NCBI GenBank assembly: GCA_002329335.1
Contig: DCTY01000003.1
Coordinates: forward strand, 22,833 to 86,131
Source of the DNA: Christensenella sp. UBA1428
GTDB lineage: Bacteria; Bacillota; Clostridia; Christensenellales; UBA1750
Reading direction: 5' to 3'
Length of the DNA stretch: 63,299 nucleotides
Positions 46,939 to 56,602 of the stretch are shown piece after piece. Made by a program: the position numbers and the translations under genes. The notes under the pieces are model-generated. The model was not told where the DNA came from. It was given only the letters and a program-made list of their open reading frames with translations, and ran no database searches. How positions within the stretch are numbered: the first letter of the stretch is position 1; each line of letters opens with the position of its first letter.

Positions 46939-47601
46939 TCACAGGGCAAAGGTGTGCCTGCCGATGATCATAATGGTCGGACGCGAGTAGATCCAGGCGG
47001 AAACAGCGGTAGACGCGTTGTAATAGTACAGGCATCCGCCGGTGGGGTCCCATCCGTTGAGCGCGTCCTGCGCGGCGCTGTAGGCGGTGGCGTCCGGCGT
47101 CAGATTGATCTGGCCGTCGTTGACGCAGGTAAACGCGTCTTTTTGATAAACCACGCCCGCAATGGTATTGGGAAACAGCGCGCTTTTCACGCGGTTTAAA
47201 ACCACCGCGCCCACCGCGACCTGACCGGTATAGCTCTCCCCCCGCGCTTCGGCATAGATGACCCGCGCCAAAAGCGTCAGATCTGCGCTGGTATAATTCC
47301 CGTTTGCGCTGTCCAGCGCAATCCCCAGCGCCGCGGCCGTTTCAGCGCCCACCTTGCCGTCGGCTGTCAAACCGTTGGCCCGCTGAAAATGGATCACCGC
47401 GTTATAGGTCTGCTGGCCATAGACGCCGTCCACCTGGCCGTCATAATAACCCCACTGCCGCAAAAGCTGCTGTACACGGCGCACATCGGTGCCCGTGCTG
47501 CCCCAGCCAAGCGTGGTGGCTGCCTGCGCAACCGCTGCAAACAGCAGCGCCGCCACCGTGAGCGTCACCAGGATTTTGATTCTGCGCTTACGTTTTTCCA
47601 T
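46939..47601 (-). CDS. sleB: Spore cortex-lytic enzyme
   Basis: PG-binding domain (VDGVYG..T..A...FQ), AEARGE, VAVGAVVLNRV, GWDPT. Confidence 0.93.
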   Translation of the reverse strand: MEKRKRRIKILVTLTVAALLFAAVAQAATTLGWGSTGTDVRRVQQLLRQWGYYDGQVDGVYGQQTYNAVIHFQRANGLTADGKVGAETAAALGIALDSANGNYTSADLTLLARVIYAEARGESYTGQVAVGAVVLNRVKSALFPNTIAGVVYQKDAFTCVNDGQINLTPDATAYSAAQDALNGWDPTGGCLYYYNASTAVSAWIYSRPTIMIIGRHTFAL

Positions 47602-48158
47602 AATAATCCCTCCTGCGTTTGTTCCGTCATTGCGCGCAGCCATTGAAGCAGCGCAGATTGAAGTTTCACCGGGCCTGCGTCCGTGGGGCTTCCAAAGCAA
47701 AGCGGCGGATAGAGCACACACCACCAATTTTGCCCTGCACCCTGCCCCAGAATGATCTTGAGCGCCTGATAGGTGCCGGCGGGAACCAGCGTGCCGTTAT
47801 AGGTCCGGTCCGGAAAAACATCCGGCCCGATCTGGATGCGCACCTGGCCAGTCCACCCTGCGCGCACCGCCGCCTCCAGAATCTGCTGTTGGTGCGCTGC
47901 GACATACGCCTGCGCTTCCTGCGCGCTTTGGCAGGATTTGAGCGCTTCGTCAAATGTTTTGAGCACCTCGTCGCGCACGCGCAGCTTCGCCTGCTGATCC
48001 GACTGCGTATCGGAATTGGCCACCACATGCAGCCGAAGCAGATCGCCGGTCTCAAGCGCCGTTTCAAGCGCGTCCGGCCGGCGCCGGCCCATCGCATACG
48101 CCGCAGCGCCAAGGAGCATCAAAATGGAAAACATTGCAAAAAAATACCGATACCGCAT
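47565..48158 (-). CDS. spoIIR: Stage II sporulation protein R
   Basis: RLHVVANSD, KLRVRD, FPDRTY, G.GQNWWCVLYPPLC. Confidence 0.95.
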   Translation of the reverse strand: MRYRYFFAMFSILMLLGAAAYAMGRRRPDALETALETGDLLRLHVVANSDTQSDQQAKLRVRDEVLKTFDEALKSCQSAQEAQAYVAAHQQQILEAAVRAGWTGQVRIQIGPDVFPDRTYNGTLVPAGTYQALKIILGQGAGQNWWCVLYPPLCFGSPTDAGPVKLQSALLQWLRAMTEQTQEGLLWKNVSAESKSW

Positions 48159-48184
48159 AGCAGCCTCCTAAGGACTTCTGCATA

Positions 48185-48214
48185 CAGTATCGGTTGGATT
48201 TTCTGGAATTATAC
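48185..48214 (-). promoter_or_regulatory. Putative forespore (sigma-F/G-type) promoter
   Basis: GTATA-18 bp-GATACTG upstream of spoIIR. Confidence 0.4.
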
Positions 48215-48215
48215 G

Positions 48216-49094
48216 TCAAATTTCCCGGGAAACGATCTGAACGCCTCTGTTTGAAAAACCGCACGGCAGACAGACCGGCATGCGCCCGCAAAGAGCGGCC
48301 AACGCCGCATCGGCCGCTGCCCGGCTTTCAAACCAGCCAAAAACCGCAGGACCGCTGCCCGACATGGCCGCATAGCATGCGCCCAAATCATACAGATGCC
48401 GGATTGCGCCGCCAATGAGCGGCCGCCGGATCATGGCCGCCTGCGCCAAAGCATTGCCGGCGCATTTTTTCAGCGCCTGCCAATCCCCGCGCGCCAGCGC
48501 TTCCAGCGCGCCGCAGGTATCCGGCCGGCTCGGATGATCCAGCGCGTCGTAGTCCGAAAAAATGGTTTTGGTGCTCAGCCCCTCGCAGGGCATGACAACC
48601 AAGCCAGCGCCGGCAAGACAGTTTTTGATCGGTTTAAGCGCCGTCCCGTCCCCCGTGGCCAGGCAGGCGCCGCCGACAAGACAAAAAGGAACATCCGCGC
48701 CCAGGACCGCGCCCAGGGCCGCCAGCTGCTGCGCGCCAAGTTCGAGATGATAAAGCGCGTCCAGCCCGCAAAGCGCAGCCGCCGCATCCGCGCTGCCGCC
48801 CGCCAGCCCGGCCGCCATCGGAATCCGCTTTTGAAGGACAAAACGGGTCGGCAGACTTTTGCCCGTCGTCTGCTGCAAAAGCGCGTGCGCGCGCAAAATC
48901 AGATTGTCCGGCCCGCAAAGCGCAGCCTGGCCGCAAACCAGCGTCGTTTCTTCCGCCTGTTCCAGACGCAGCGTATCGGCCAGATCCACGCTTTGCATGA
49001 TCATCTCCATCCGATGATAACCGTTTGGCAGCAGTCCCAGAATATCCAGCGTCAGATTGATTTTTGCGCATGCGCGCACGGTAACCTGTTCCAT
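48216..49094 (-). CDS. ispE: 4-diphosphocytidyl-2-C-methyl-D-erythritol kinase
   Basis: AKINLTL, GYH, KRIPMAAGLAGGSADAA, GADVPF, MSGSG. Confidence 0.96.
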   Translation of the reverse strand: MEQVTVRACAKINLTLDILGLLPNGYHRMEMIMQSVDLADTLRLEQAEETTLVCGQAALCGPDNLILRAHALLQQTTGKSLPTRFVLQKRIPMAAGLAGGSADAAAALCGLDALYHLELGAQQLAALGAVLGADVPFCLVGGACLATGDGTALKPIKNCLAGAGLVVMPCEGLSTKTIFSDYDALDHPSRPDTCGALEALARGDWQALKKCAGNALAQAAMIRRPLIGGAIRHLYDLGACYAAMSGSGPAVFGWFESRAAADAALAALCGRMPVCLPCGFSNRGVQIVSREI

Positions 49095-49095
49095 A

Positions 49096-50721
49096 TTACG
49101 GCTCCACTCTGTGCCAGTCGTCGATATTGGCAAACAAGCTGGTATAATGTACGCTGCCAATGCCCTTAATGGCCGAATCATACAGCAGCGTGCAGCAGCG
49201 CATCCCGACGCCGACCACCGGCAGATCCTCAAGCGCCAGCTGACAGATCTGCCGGTAGCACTGGGTCAGATCCCCGGCGTTTCCCGCCTGCCTGGCCTGC
49301 AAAAGCAGTTCGTCCATCTGAGCGCTTGCATACCCGCCAAAATTCAGCGCGCCGTCCGACCCGTACAAAAATGACAGATCCGGCAGCGCCCCCACATCGG
49401 CGCTGAGCACAGCGATATCAAAGCCGCCCTCGCGCAGGGTCTGCTCCAGTTTCTCGCTGCTTACAAAAACCGTTTGGCTCAAAATGCCAACGGATTCCAG
49501 CGTCTGGGTTACCTTCTGCGCCAGTTCGCTGTGAAGTGTTTCCGCGCTGTCGGAGGCAACCAGAATCCGCAGCGTCAAAGGCACATACGCCTGTCCCTGT
49601 TCATCCGGCACATCCAGAAAACCATCGTCGTTATGGTCCTGGTAGACGCTTTGCTTCAGCGCGCTGCGCGCCGCGTCCAGACTTGCCTCATGCACCGGCA
49701 GCGTACCGTCATAAAGCCAGTGCGAGGACGTTACCGGCGTTTCGGCGGCAACGGCATTGTTTTGATAAACGCTCTGTATCAGGCTTTTGGTATCCAGCGC
49801 AGAAAAAAGCGCGCTGCGCAGCGCATGATCCGCCATCGGCGCGCCCTCGCGCAGATTCAGCGCAAGGAAATCAAACACGCCCGTCTGCACGGAAAGCGCC
49901 GTAAAGCCGGCAGTGGATTTATAGGCGGAAACGCCCATATCCCGCGTATAAGCCAGATCCATCTGACCAAGGGCCAGGCTGCGCAGCTGGTCGTCGTCAT
50001 CCTGATAGGCGTTTACCTGGATGACGGCAAACTGCGGCGCAATGCGCCACCAGGCGTCATAACGCGCAAGGGTCATCCCCTGCCCTGCGGTAAAACCGGT
50101 GATCCGGTAAGGGCCGGTGCCGCTGATCGTTTCCCCAAGATCCGCAATGGGCACCGTCAGCGCGCACAGCATGGGATACAATCCTCTGTGCGGCACCAGA
50201 ATCAACCCCTGACCATCGGGCGACAAGCGCCAGGAACGCACATAGGACAGCACGCCGCCGCAGGCGCCCTGCGGCGCTGTGTCGCGGATATAGGTCAGCG
50301 CGTCGACCATGTGCTGGGCCGTAAGCGTTTCTCCGTTATGGAAGGTCACGTTTTTGCGCACGGAAAAAAGCACGGAACCGTCCTGCTGCACCTGCCAGCT
50401 TTCACAAAGACCGGGCTGTGGATTGCCCTGTGCATCCAGCGTCAGCATCGTTTCATACACAAGTCCCAGCACGCTTTGCGTTTTATAGGAAACGATCTGA
50501 TAGGGGTTGACCGTCTGTTCTGATGCCGGCATCCCCAAAACCAGCTGCGCGTCATCGGCAGCGTCGGGCCGGGCAGACGCCGCCGGCTGAAGCGTCGCGC
50601 TGTCAGGCGCAGGCGCGCGCCCCGACGGAGCGCATCCGCCAAGCGTCAGCAGCACCAGCAGCGTCAGCGCGCCAAGGCGCAGGCTAAAACGCCTCGGGAT
50701 ACAGTTCACGGTAGATTTCAT
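49096..50721 (-). CDS. Family-5 (peptide/nickel) solute-binding lipoprotein, orphan
   Basis: Lipobox LGGC, VTFHNG.TLTA, GTGPY, GALNFGGY; start uncertain. Confidence 0.85.
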   Translation of the reverse strand: MKSTVNCIPRRFSLRLGALTLLVLLTLGGCAPSGRAPAPDSATLQPAASARPDAADDAQLVLGMPASEQTVNPYQIVSYKTQSVLGLVYETMLTLDAQGNPQPGLCESWQVQQDGSVLFSVRKNVTFHNGETLTAQHMVDALTYIRDTAPQGACGGVLSYVRSWRLSPDGQGLILVPHRGLYPMLCALTVPIADLGETISGTGPYRITGFTAGQGMTLARYDAWWRIAPQFAVIQVNAYQDDDDQLRSLALGQMDLAYTRDMGVSAYKSTAGFTALSVQTGVFDFLALNLREGAPMADHALRSALFSALDTKSLIQSVYQNNAVAAETPVTSSHWLYDGTLPVHEASLDAARSALKQSVYQDHNDDGFLDVPDEQGQAYVPLTLRILVASDSAETLHSELAQKVTQTLESVGILSQTVFVSSEKLEQTLREGGFDIAVLSADVGALPDLSFLYGSDGALNFGGYASAQMDELLLQARQAGNAGDLTQCYRQICQLALEDLPVVGVGMRCCTLLYDSAIKGIGSVHYTSLFANIDDWHRVEP

Positions 50722-51280
50722 AAACCTTGAGCACCCATTTCAAATATTTATTGGTATCGTTTTCAGGCAGCGCAGCAAGCGTTTTGCCGTCGCTGCTGTA
50801 GGCCGGATCCTTAAGCCATCGATCCAGCTGCCCCTGTCCGCAGTGATATGCCGCAACCATGCAGCGCATATCGCCGTCATAGCGCTGATGCAAAAACGCC
50901 AGATACGCGCAGCCCATTTTGATGTTCGTTTCGGGATCAAACAGCTGATCGTAATTAAAATCCGCCAATTCCATCCGCCAGGCCAGCCAATCGGCCGTCT
51001 CCGGCATAATCTGCATCAGCCCTCTTGCCCCTACGCCGGAAACCGCGCCCGGGTAATAGGTGGACTCGCAGTAAATCATCGCCGCAACCAGATACGGGTC
51101 CAGCTGGTTTTCCGCGCATTGCTGCGCGATGGTCGTTTCATAGGCAAGCACATAGCGCTGGCGCATTTGCCAGGGTTTGATCACCCGCAGGTAGACCGCC
51201 AGGCTTGCACCGATCAGCAAAAGCGCCCCTGCAAGCGCCGCAAGGCGCACCGCCGCGCGGCTGTTCGTTTTACGTTTCAT
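50684..51280 (-). CDS. Lytic transglycosylase (SLT domain), membrane-anchored
   Basis: AMIYCES, AVS..GARGLMQIMP.TA, AAYH. Confidence 0.9.
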   Translation of the reverse strand: MKRKTNSRAAVRLAALAGALLLIGASLAVYLRVIKPWQMRQRYVLAYETTIAQQCAENQLDPYLVAAMIYCESTYYPGAVSGVGARGLMQIMPETADWLAWRMELADFNYDQLFDPETNIKMGCAYLAFLHQRYDGDMRCMVAAYHCGQGQLDRWLKDPAYSSDGKTLAALPENDTNKYLKWVLKVYEIYRELYPEAF

Positions 51281-51863
51281 TGCAGCGCTCCCATAAACGG
51301 TCGGCGCGCTCAAGCAGCTGTGCAACCGTACCGTCGTTTTCAAGAACATAATCCGCCAGCGCACGTTTTTGCGCAAGCGGCATCTGCGCACGGATCCGCA
51401 AAAGCGCCTGCTGCGCGTTCATGCCGTCGCGCGCCATCAGGCGTTGAATCTGCACCCGCTCCGGCGCCGCCACCAGCCAGGTTTCATCTGTGAGCCGGTC
51501 AAACCCGGTTTCAAAAAGCAGCGGGACATCCCAAAGCACCGTGCCAATGCCTTCCTGCGTCGCCAGCCGGGTCTGTTCCTGCATGTTCCTTAGTATCAGC
51601 GGATGCATCAGTTCATTTAGACGCATGCGCGCATCCGGGTCTGAAAAAACCAGCTGAGCCAGCGCCGCCCGATTCAGCTTTTCTCCGTCAAAAATCTGCG
51701 CGCCAAAAGCATTGCCAATCTGCGGCAGCGCTTCCCCGCCGGGTGCGGTCAGCGCCCGCGAAATCGCATCCGCGTCGATCACCCGCGCCCCTCTTTGCCC
51801 AAGGTGCGCACTGACGGTTGATTTGCCGCTGGCGATCCCGCCTGTCAGTCCGATAATCTTCAT
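51270..51863 (-). CDS. coaE: Dephospho-CoA kinase
   Basis: IGLTGGIASGKST, DAD, MHP, VPLLFE. Confidence 0.96.
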   Translation of the reverse strand: MKIIGLTGGIASGKSTVSAHLGQRGARVIDADAISRALTAPGGEALPQIGNAFGAQIFDGEKLNRAALAQLVFSDPDARMRLNELMHPLILRNMQEQTRLATQEGIGTVLWDVPLLFETGFDRLTDETWLVAAPERVQIQRLMARDGMNAQQALLRIRAQMPLAQKRALADYVLENDGTVAQLLERADRLWERCNET

Positions 51864-51885
51864 CGTTTTCCCTTACTCAATCGGT

Positions 51886-54426
51886 TTATTTGGCGTCCTG
51901 CCAGTTGTTTGCATATTTAACGCTCACCAAAAGCGGCACGCAAAGCTGCGCCGCGCCCTGCATATGGGTTTTGAGCAGCTCGCCCGCCGCCTGCGCCTGA
52001 TCCTGCGCAGCGTCCAAAATCAATTCGTCGTGTACCTGCAGAATCATCCGCGCATCCAGCGCCGCCGCTTCAAGCCCGCGGGACACCTGAACCATCGCCA
52101 GCTTGATGATATCGGCCGCCGTACCCTGGATCGGCGCGTTCATCGCCACGCGTTCGCCGAAAGCGCGCGTATTGTGATTGCCCGATTTCAGTTCCGGTAT
52201 ATAGCGCCGCCTGCCGAAAAGCGTCTGCACATAGCCCTCGGATTTGGCCATCGCAACATTGCGGTCCATATAGGCCCGCACCAGCGGGTAACGTTCAAAG
52301 AACCGTTCAATGTACCCCGCCGCTTCCTTTCTGGAAACGCCCAGGTTCCGGGCAAGCCCAAAATCGCTGATACCGTAGACAATGCCGAAGTTGACCGCCT
52401 TGGCCGCCGAACGCATCTGCGCGGTGACCTGATCGGGCGCGACGTCAAACACCTCCGCCGCAGTGCGGGCATGGATATCCTCGCCGTTTAAAAACGCATG
52501 GATAAAGGTTTCGTCCCCGGACATATGGGCCAAAAGCCGCAGCTCAATCTGGGAATAATCCGCGCTGACCAAAAGCCTTTGCGCGTCTCTGGGCACAAAC
52601 GCGCGCCGGATAATCCGCCCCTGTTCGGTACGCACCGGTATATTCTGAAGATTGGGATCGGCGCTGGAGATCCGGCCCGTCGCCGTGCCGGTTTGATAAA
52701 AGGTCGTATGGATCCGCCCGGATGCATCCGCCTTATCGATCAGCCCGTCGATGTATGTACCGTACAATTTTGAAATCATACGGTATTCCAAAATGGAATC
52801 GATGATTTCATGCTTGCCCTGCAGCGTTTCAAGCACCTGCGCGTCGGTGGAATACCCCGTTTTGGTCTTTTTCCCCGCGGGCAGCCCCAGTTCCTCAAAG
52901 AGCACCTTCCCCAGCTGTTTGGGCGACAAAATGTTAAACGGATGCCCTGCCTGCAAATAGATCACCTGCTCCAGCGCGCGCATCTGACCGTGCAGATCGT
53001 CGCCGATGGCGCGCAGGTCCGCTTTATCGATCGTAAAGCCTTCCTGCTCCATCTGCGCCAGCACATCGCACAGGGGACGCTCCATCTGGGTATACAGCGG
53101 CGTCATATTTTCCTGCGCCAGCTTTTTCAGGCAGCGCTCCGGCGCGTCGTACAGCTGCGCAGCGTCGGTATAAAACTTTTTTTCCTGCTGGCCGTCCAGC
53201 AGATATTCCAGCAGCATCACATCGTCAAACGCGCCTGCAATCCCGATGCCCAGCGGACGAAGCTTTTCAAGCAGCGCTTTTTTATCCCAAAACACCTTAT
53301 CATTGGGCGCGGCAAGCAGCGGCGCAAGCCCCCGAAGCAAATCCTGTTCATCCAGCCCTTCGTCAATCAGCGACCGGCGCACCGCGGCGGTAATCACCTG
53401 ATTGTCAAAGGCGACGCTGAAACAGTCGCCGGTTAAAACAGCCGCTTTGGCGCTTGCCGCCGCCTGAACGCAGAACGCTTCAAACGCCTGCGCGTCATCG
53501 GCCTGCAGGCGCGTCCACACATGCTCCGGCGCATCCTGCTGCGCCTCCTGCGGCGCCTGCGCGCTGGTCAGGCGCCCCAGCAGCGACTTGAAATTCAGCC
53601 GCTGAAACAGCTCCGCCGCCTGCGGATCGGTAAATGGGCGCAGCTGGCACTGCGCGGGATCAAAGTCCAGCGGAATGTCCGTATCGATTGTGGCCAGCAT
53701 CTTGCTCATACGCGCCGACTGCGCGCCCTGACGTATGCGTTCGCCCAGTTTTCCCGGAATGACGCCGGCATGGTCCAAAACGCCCTCCACCGTATCATAC
53801 TGCCCCAGCAGCTTCAGCGCCGTTTTTTCTCCCACGCCGGCAATGCCCGGAATATTATCCGATGCGTCGCCCATCAGCGCTTTAAGATCGGGCACGCGCT
53901 CGGGATAAACGCCGAACTGCTCAAAGAGCGTCTGCCGGTCCAGCAGCTCCACCTGCGTAATACCCCGGCGGGTAAACAGCACGCGCACGCCCGGGCCGAT
54001 CAGCTGAAAGGAATCGCGATCGCCCGTAATCAAAAGCGCCTCGTCGCCCTGGGCCTGCACCCGCTTTGAGATGGTCCCCAAAATATCGTCCGCCTCATAT
54101 CCGGGCAGCTCATAGTGCCGGATTCCAAGCGCATCCAATACCCTGCGCATCAGATCAAACTGATCCAAAAGCTCCTGCGGCGTTTCCTTCCGGCCGGCTT
54201 TGTAAGCGTCAAACGCCTTGTGACGGAACGTCGGCTCCCTGGTATCAAAGGCAACGGCCACATGGGTCGGCCGGTATTGATCGATCATTTTAAACAGCAT
54301 GGACAAAAAGCCGTATACCGCGTTGGTATAAACGCCCTTTTCCGCTTCCAAAAGCGGCAGAGCGTAAAACGCGCGGAACAACAGGCTGTTGCCGTCGATG
54401 ACGGCGAAGGTTTTCTTCATCGGCAT
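51886..54426 (-). CDS. polA: DNA polymerase I
   Basis: IDGNSLLFRAFYA, EADD, NLQNIP, DYSQIELR, KAVNFGIVYG, QVHDE. Confidence 0.98.
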   Translation of the reverse strand: MPMKKTFAVIDGNSLLFRAFYALPLLEAEKGVYTNAVYGFLSMLFKMIDQYRPTHVAVAFDTREPTFRHKAFDAYKAGRKETPQELLDQFDLMRRVLDALGIRHYELPGYEADDILGTISKRVQAQGDEALLITGDRDSFQLIGPGVRVLFTRRGITQVELLDRQTLFEQFGVYPERVPDLKALMGDASDNIPGIAGVGEKTALKLLGQYDTVEGVLDHAGVIPGKLGERIRQGAQSARMSKMLATIDTDIPLDFDPAQCQLRPFTDPQAAELFQRLNFKSLLGRLTSAQAPQEAQQDAPEHVWTRLQADDAQAFEAFCVQAAASAKAAVLTGDCFSVAFDNQVITAAVRRSLIDEGLDEQDLLRGLAPLLAAPNDKVFWDKKALLEKLRPLGIGIAGAFDDVMLLEYLLDGQQEKKFYTDAAQLYDAPERCLKKLAQENMTPLYTQMERPLCDVLAQMEQEGFTIDKADLRAIGDDLHGQMRALEQVIYLQAGHPFNILSPKQLGKVLFEELGLPAGKKTKTGYSTDAQVLETLQGKHEIIDSILEYRMISKLYGTYIDGLIDKADASGRIHTTFYQTGTATGRISSADPNLQNIPVRTEQGRIIRRAFVPRDAQRLLVSADYSQIELRLLAHMSGDETFIHAFLNGEDIHARTAAEVFDVAPDQVTAQMRSAAKAVNFGIVYGISDFGLARNLGVSRKEAAGYIERFFERYPLVRAYMDRNVAMAKSEGYVQTLFGRRRYIPELKSGNHNTRAFGERVAMNAPIQGTAADIIKLAMVQVSRGLEAAALDARMILQVHDELILDAAQDQAQAAGELLKTHMQGAAQLCVPLLVSVKYANNWQDAK

Positions 54427-54529
54427 TCAACTCCTGACGCCCTTATCATATCATACAACGCCGCGGCGAGGCAAACTGTTCGCGTCAAAAATCCACCGCT
54501 AAAAAAATAAAAAAATTCTCCCAAACCTC

Positions 54530-54592
54530 TTGACAGATCAATTCTCCGTGCTATACTAAGGTCAGATTTGATCAAAGTCAATCAAGGTCAAA
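54530..54592 (+). promoter_or_regulatory. Sigma-A promoter with CtsR operator heptads
   Basis: TTGACA-16 bp-TATACT (extended TG); GGTCAGA-TTT-GATCAAA and AGTCAAT-CAA-GGTCAAA. Confidence 0.88.
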
Positions 54593-54614
54593 TTCAGGAA
54601 GGTGGAATGAACCG

Positions 54615-55085
54615 ATGCCATTGTCGGATAATATAGAACAGTTCATCAAAGAGCTGATGAGCGAATCGCAAAGCGAGCTGGAGCTGAAACGCAACGAACT
54701 GGCCAACTATTTTGGCTGCGCGCCGTCCCAGATCAACTATGTGCTCGCCACCCGCTTTTCGCCCAGCCACGGGTATTTGATTCAAAGCCGCCGGGGCGGC
54801 TCCGGGTATGTGCGGATCATCCGGATTCTGGCCGACGACCCGCACAATGCGTTTATCCATCAGCTGACCGTTCAGGTTGGCAGCGCACTGCGCGCCGCCG
54901 ATGCGTCCGCGATGATCCAGGCGCTGCGCGAGCGGGGCATCATCACAGAAAAAGAAGGCCGTCTGATGCGCGCCGCCATAAGCGACGAGGCGATCAACCT
55001 GCCCATCAGCGCCAAGGATATGCTGCGCGCAGGCGTCATGAAAAGCATGCTTACATCCCTGCTTGCAAGGAGGAAAGAATCATGA
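54615..55085 (+). CDS. ctsR: Class III heat-shock repressor
   Basis: LSDNIE.FI, RNELA..F.CAPSQINYV..TRF, SRRGGSGY.RI. Confidence 0.96.
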   Translation: MPLSDNIEQFIKELMSESQSELELKRNELANYFGCAPSQINYVLATRFSPSHGYLIQSRRGGSGYVRIIRILADDPHNAFIHQLTVQVGSALRAADASAMIQALRERGIITEKEGRLMRAAISDEAINLPISAKDMLRAGVMKSMLTSLLARRKES

Positions 55086-55588
55086 AATGTGAAAATTGCG
55101 GCAAAAATCCGGCGACCATTCACGCAAAGATCACCATCAATGGCGTAACGACGGAAAAAATGCTGTGCGAGAGCTGCTGGGCGCAGGAAAACGGCATGCC
55201 CGCCATGGGGTTTACCGTCAACGATTTGCTCAAGGGCTTTATGCAAAGCGGCACGCCGGTTTCGCAAACATCCCCGCGCTGCGACGCGTGCGGCATGGAT
55301 TTGAAAACCTTTACCCAAACGGGGCTTCTGGGCTGTGCGCATTGCTATGAAACCTTTCGGCCCTATCTGAATGCGACGCTGAAAAAGATTCACGGAACGC
55401 TGCGGCATCAGGGCAGCCGGCCCGGTCAGAAGCCCGCTGCGCCCGCGCCGGCGCAAACAACGCTTCAGGAATTGAAAGCGTCGTTGTCAAGCGCCATCGC
55501 CAGCGAGCGCTACGAGGAAGCCGCCGTGCTGCGCGACCGTATCCGCTTGCTGGAAGAATCGCATCCGCCCAGGGAGGAATCAAAATGA
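55082..55588 (+). CDS. mcsA: McsB activator (CxxC motifs plus UVR domain)
   Basis: Four CxxC pairs, ERYEEAAVLRD. Confidence 0.94.
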   Translation: MKCENCGKNPATIHAKITINGVTTEKMLCESCWAQENGMPAMGFTVNDLLKGFMQSGTPVSQTSPRCDACGMDLKTFTQTGLLGCAHCYETFRPYLNATLKKIHGTLRHQGSRPGQKPAAPAPAQTTLQELKASLSSAIASERYEEAAVLRDRIRLLEESHPPREESK

Positions 55589-56589
55589 GTATGCAAGAAG
55601 ATATTGTGCTGTCCACCCGCGTGCGTCTGGCGCGTAATTTTGCCGACACGCCGTTTCCCGGCATGCAGACGCCGCAGCAGGCGCAGCAGGTCATTGACCG
55701 GGTGGCGGGCGCCGTCTCAAAATCGCCGATGGCCTATGATTTTTCGTTGACGTATTTAAAGAACAATACAGAAGATGAAAACCGTTCCATGGTCGAGCAG
55801 CATATGATCAGCCCGGATCTGATCGCGCACAGCGACAGCGGCGCCGTACTGATCAGCCGCGACAAATCGCTTTCGATTATGATCGGCGAGGAGGATCATC
55901 TCCGGATCCAGGCCATCTTCAACGGGTTTGCCCTGCCCCAGGCGCTGGAGCGCGCATTTGAGGCGGAAAACGCCATCGCGGCGCAGGCGCCGTTTGCGTT
56001 TGACGAAACCTTTGGCTATCTGACCGCCTGCCCCACCAATACCGGTACCGGCATGCGCGCCTCGTGCATGCTGCACCTGCCGGCGCTGACCATGACCCAT
56101 CAGATCGAAGCGGTTACCCGCGCGGTCGGCACGCTGGGCTTTGCGGTACGCGGTTTTTACGGCGAGGGCAGCAAGGCGCGCGGATGCCTGTATCAGCTGA
56201 GCAACCAGATTACCCTTGGCCGCAGCGAAGAGGAAATCGTGCGCGCGCTGAAGGACACGGCCAATCAGGTCATTGACCGGGAAGCGCAGGCCCGGCGCTA
56301 TCTGGCCGAAAAAAGCGGCGCGGCGCTCAAAGACAGGCTTTTGCGCTCCTACGGCGTTTTAACCTGGGCCTGTCAGCTCAGCTCCGATGAGCTTTTGCAG
56401 ATGTGGTCGGACCTGCGTCTGGCACTGTCGCTGGGCTATTTGACCTGCGTATCGGCCGCACAGGCGGACGCGCTTTTGCTCTTGCAGCCGGCAACGCTGA
56501 CGCTGCGGGCAAAAACCGAAATGACGCCTGCACAGCGGGACATTTTCCGCGCGCAGTGTGTCAAGAACATTTTAAAGATTGAATCATAA
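55585..56589 (+). CDS. mcsB: Protein arginine kinase
   Basis: STRVRLARN, EEDHLR, ACPTNTGTG.RAS, RG.YGEG. Confidence 0.95.
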   Translation: MSMQEDIVLSTRVRLARNFADTPFPGMQTPQQAQQVIDRVAGAVSKSPMAYDFSLTYLKNNTEDENRSMVEQHMISPDLIAHSDSGAVLISRDKSLSIMIGEEDHLRIQAIFNGFALPQALERAFEAENAIAAQAPFAFDETFGYLTACPTNTGTGMRASCMLHLPALTMTHQIEAVTRAVGTLGFAVRGFYGEGSKARGCLYQLSNQITLGRSEEEIVRALKDTANQVIDREAQARRYLAEKSGAALKDRLLRSYGVLTWACQLSSDELLQMWSDLRLALSLGYLTCVSAAQADALLLLQPATLTLRAKTEMTPAQRDIFRAQCVKNILKIES

Positions 56590-56602
56590 GGAGGCATATC
56601 CC

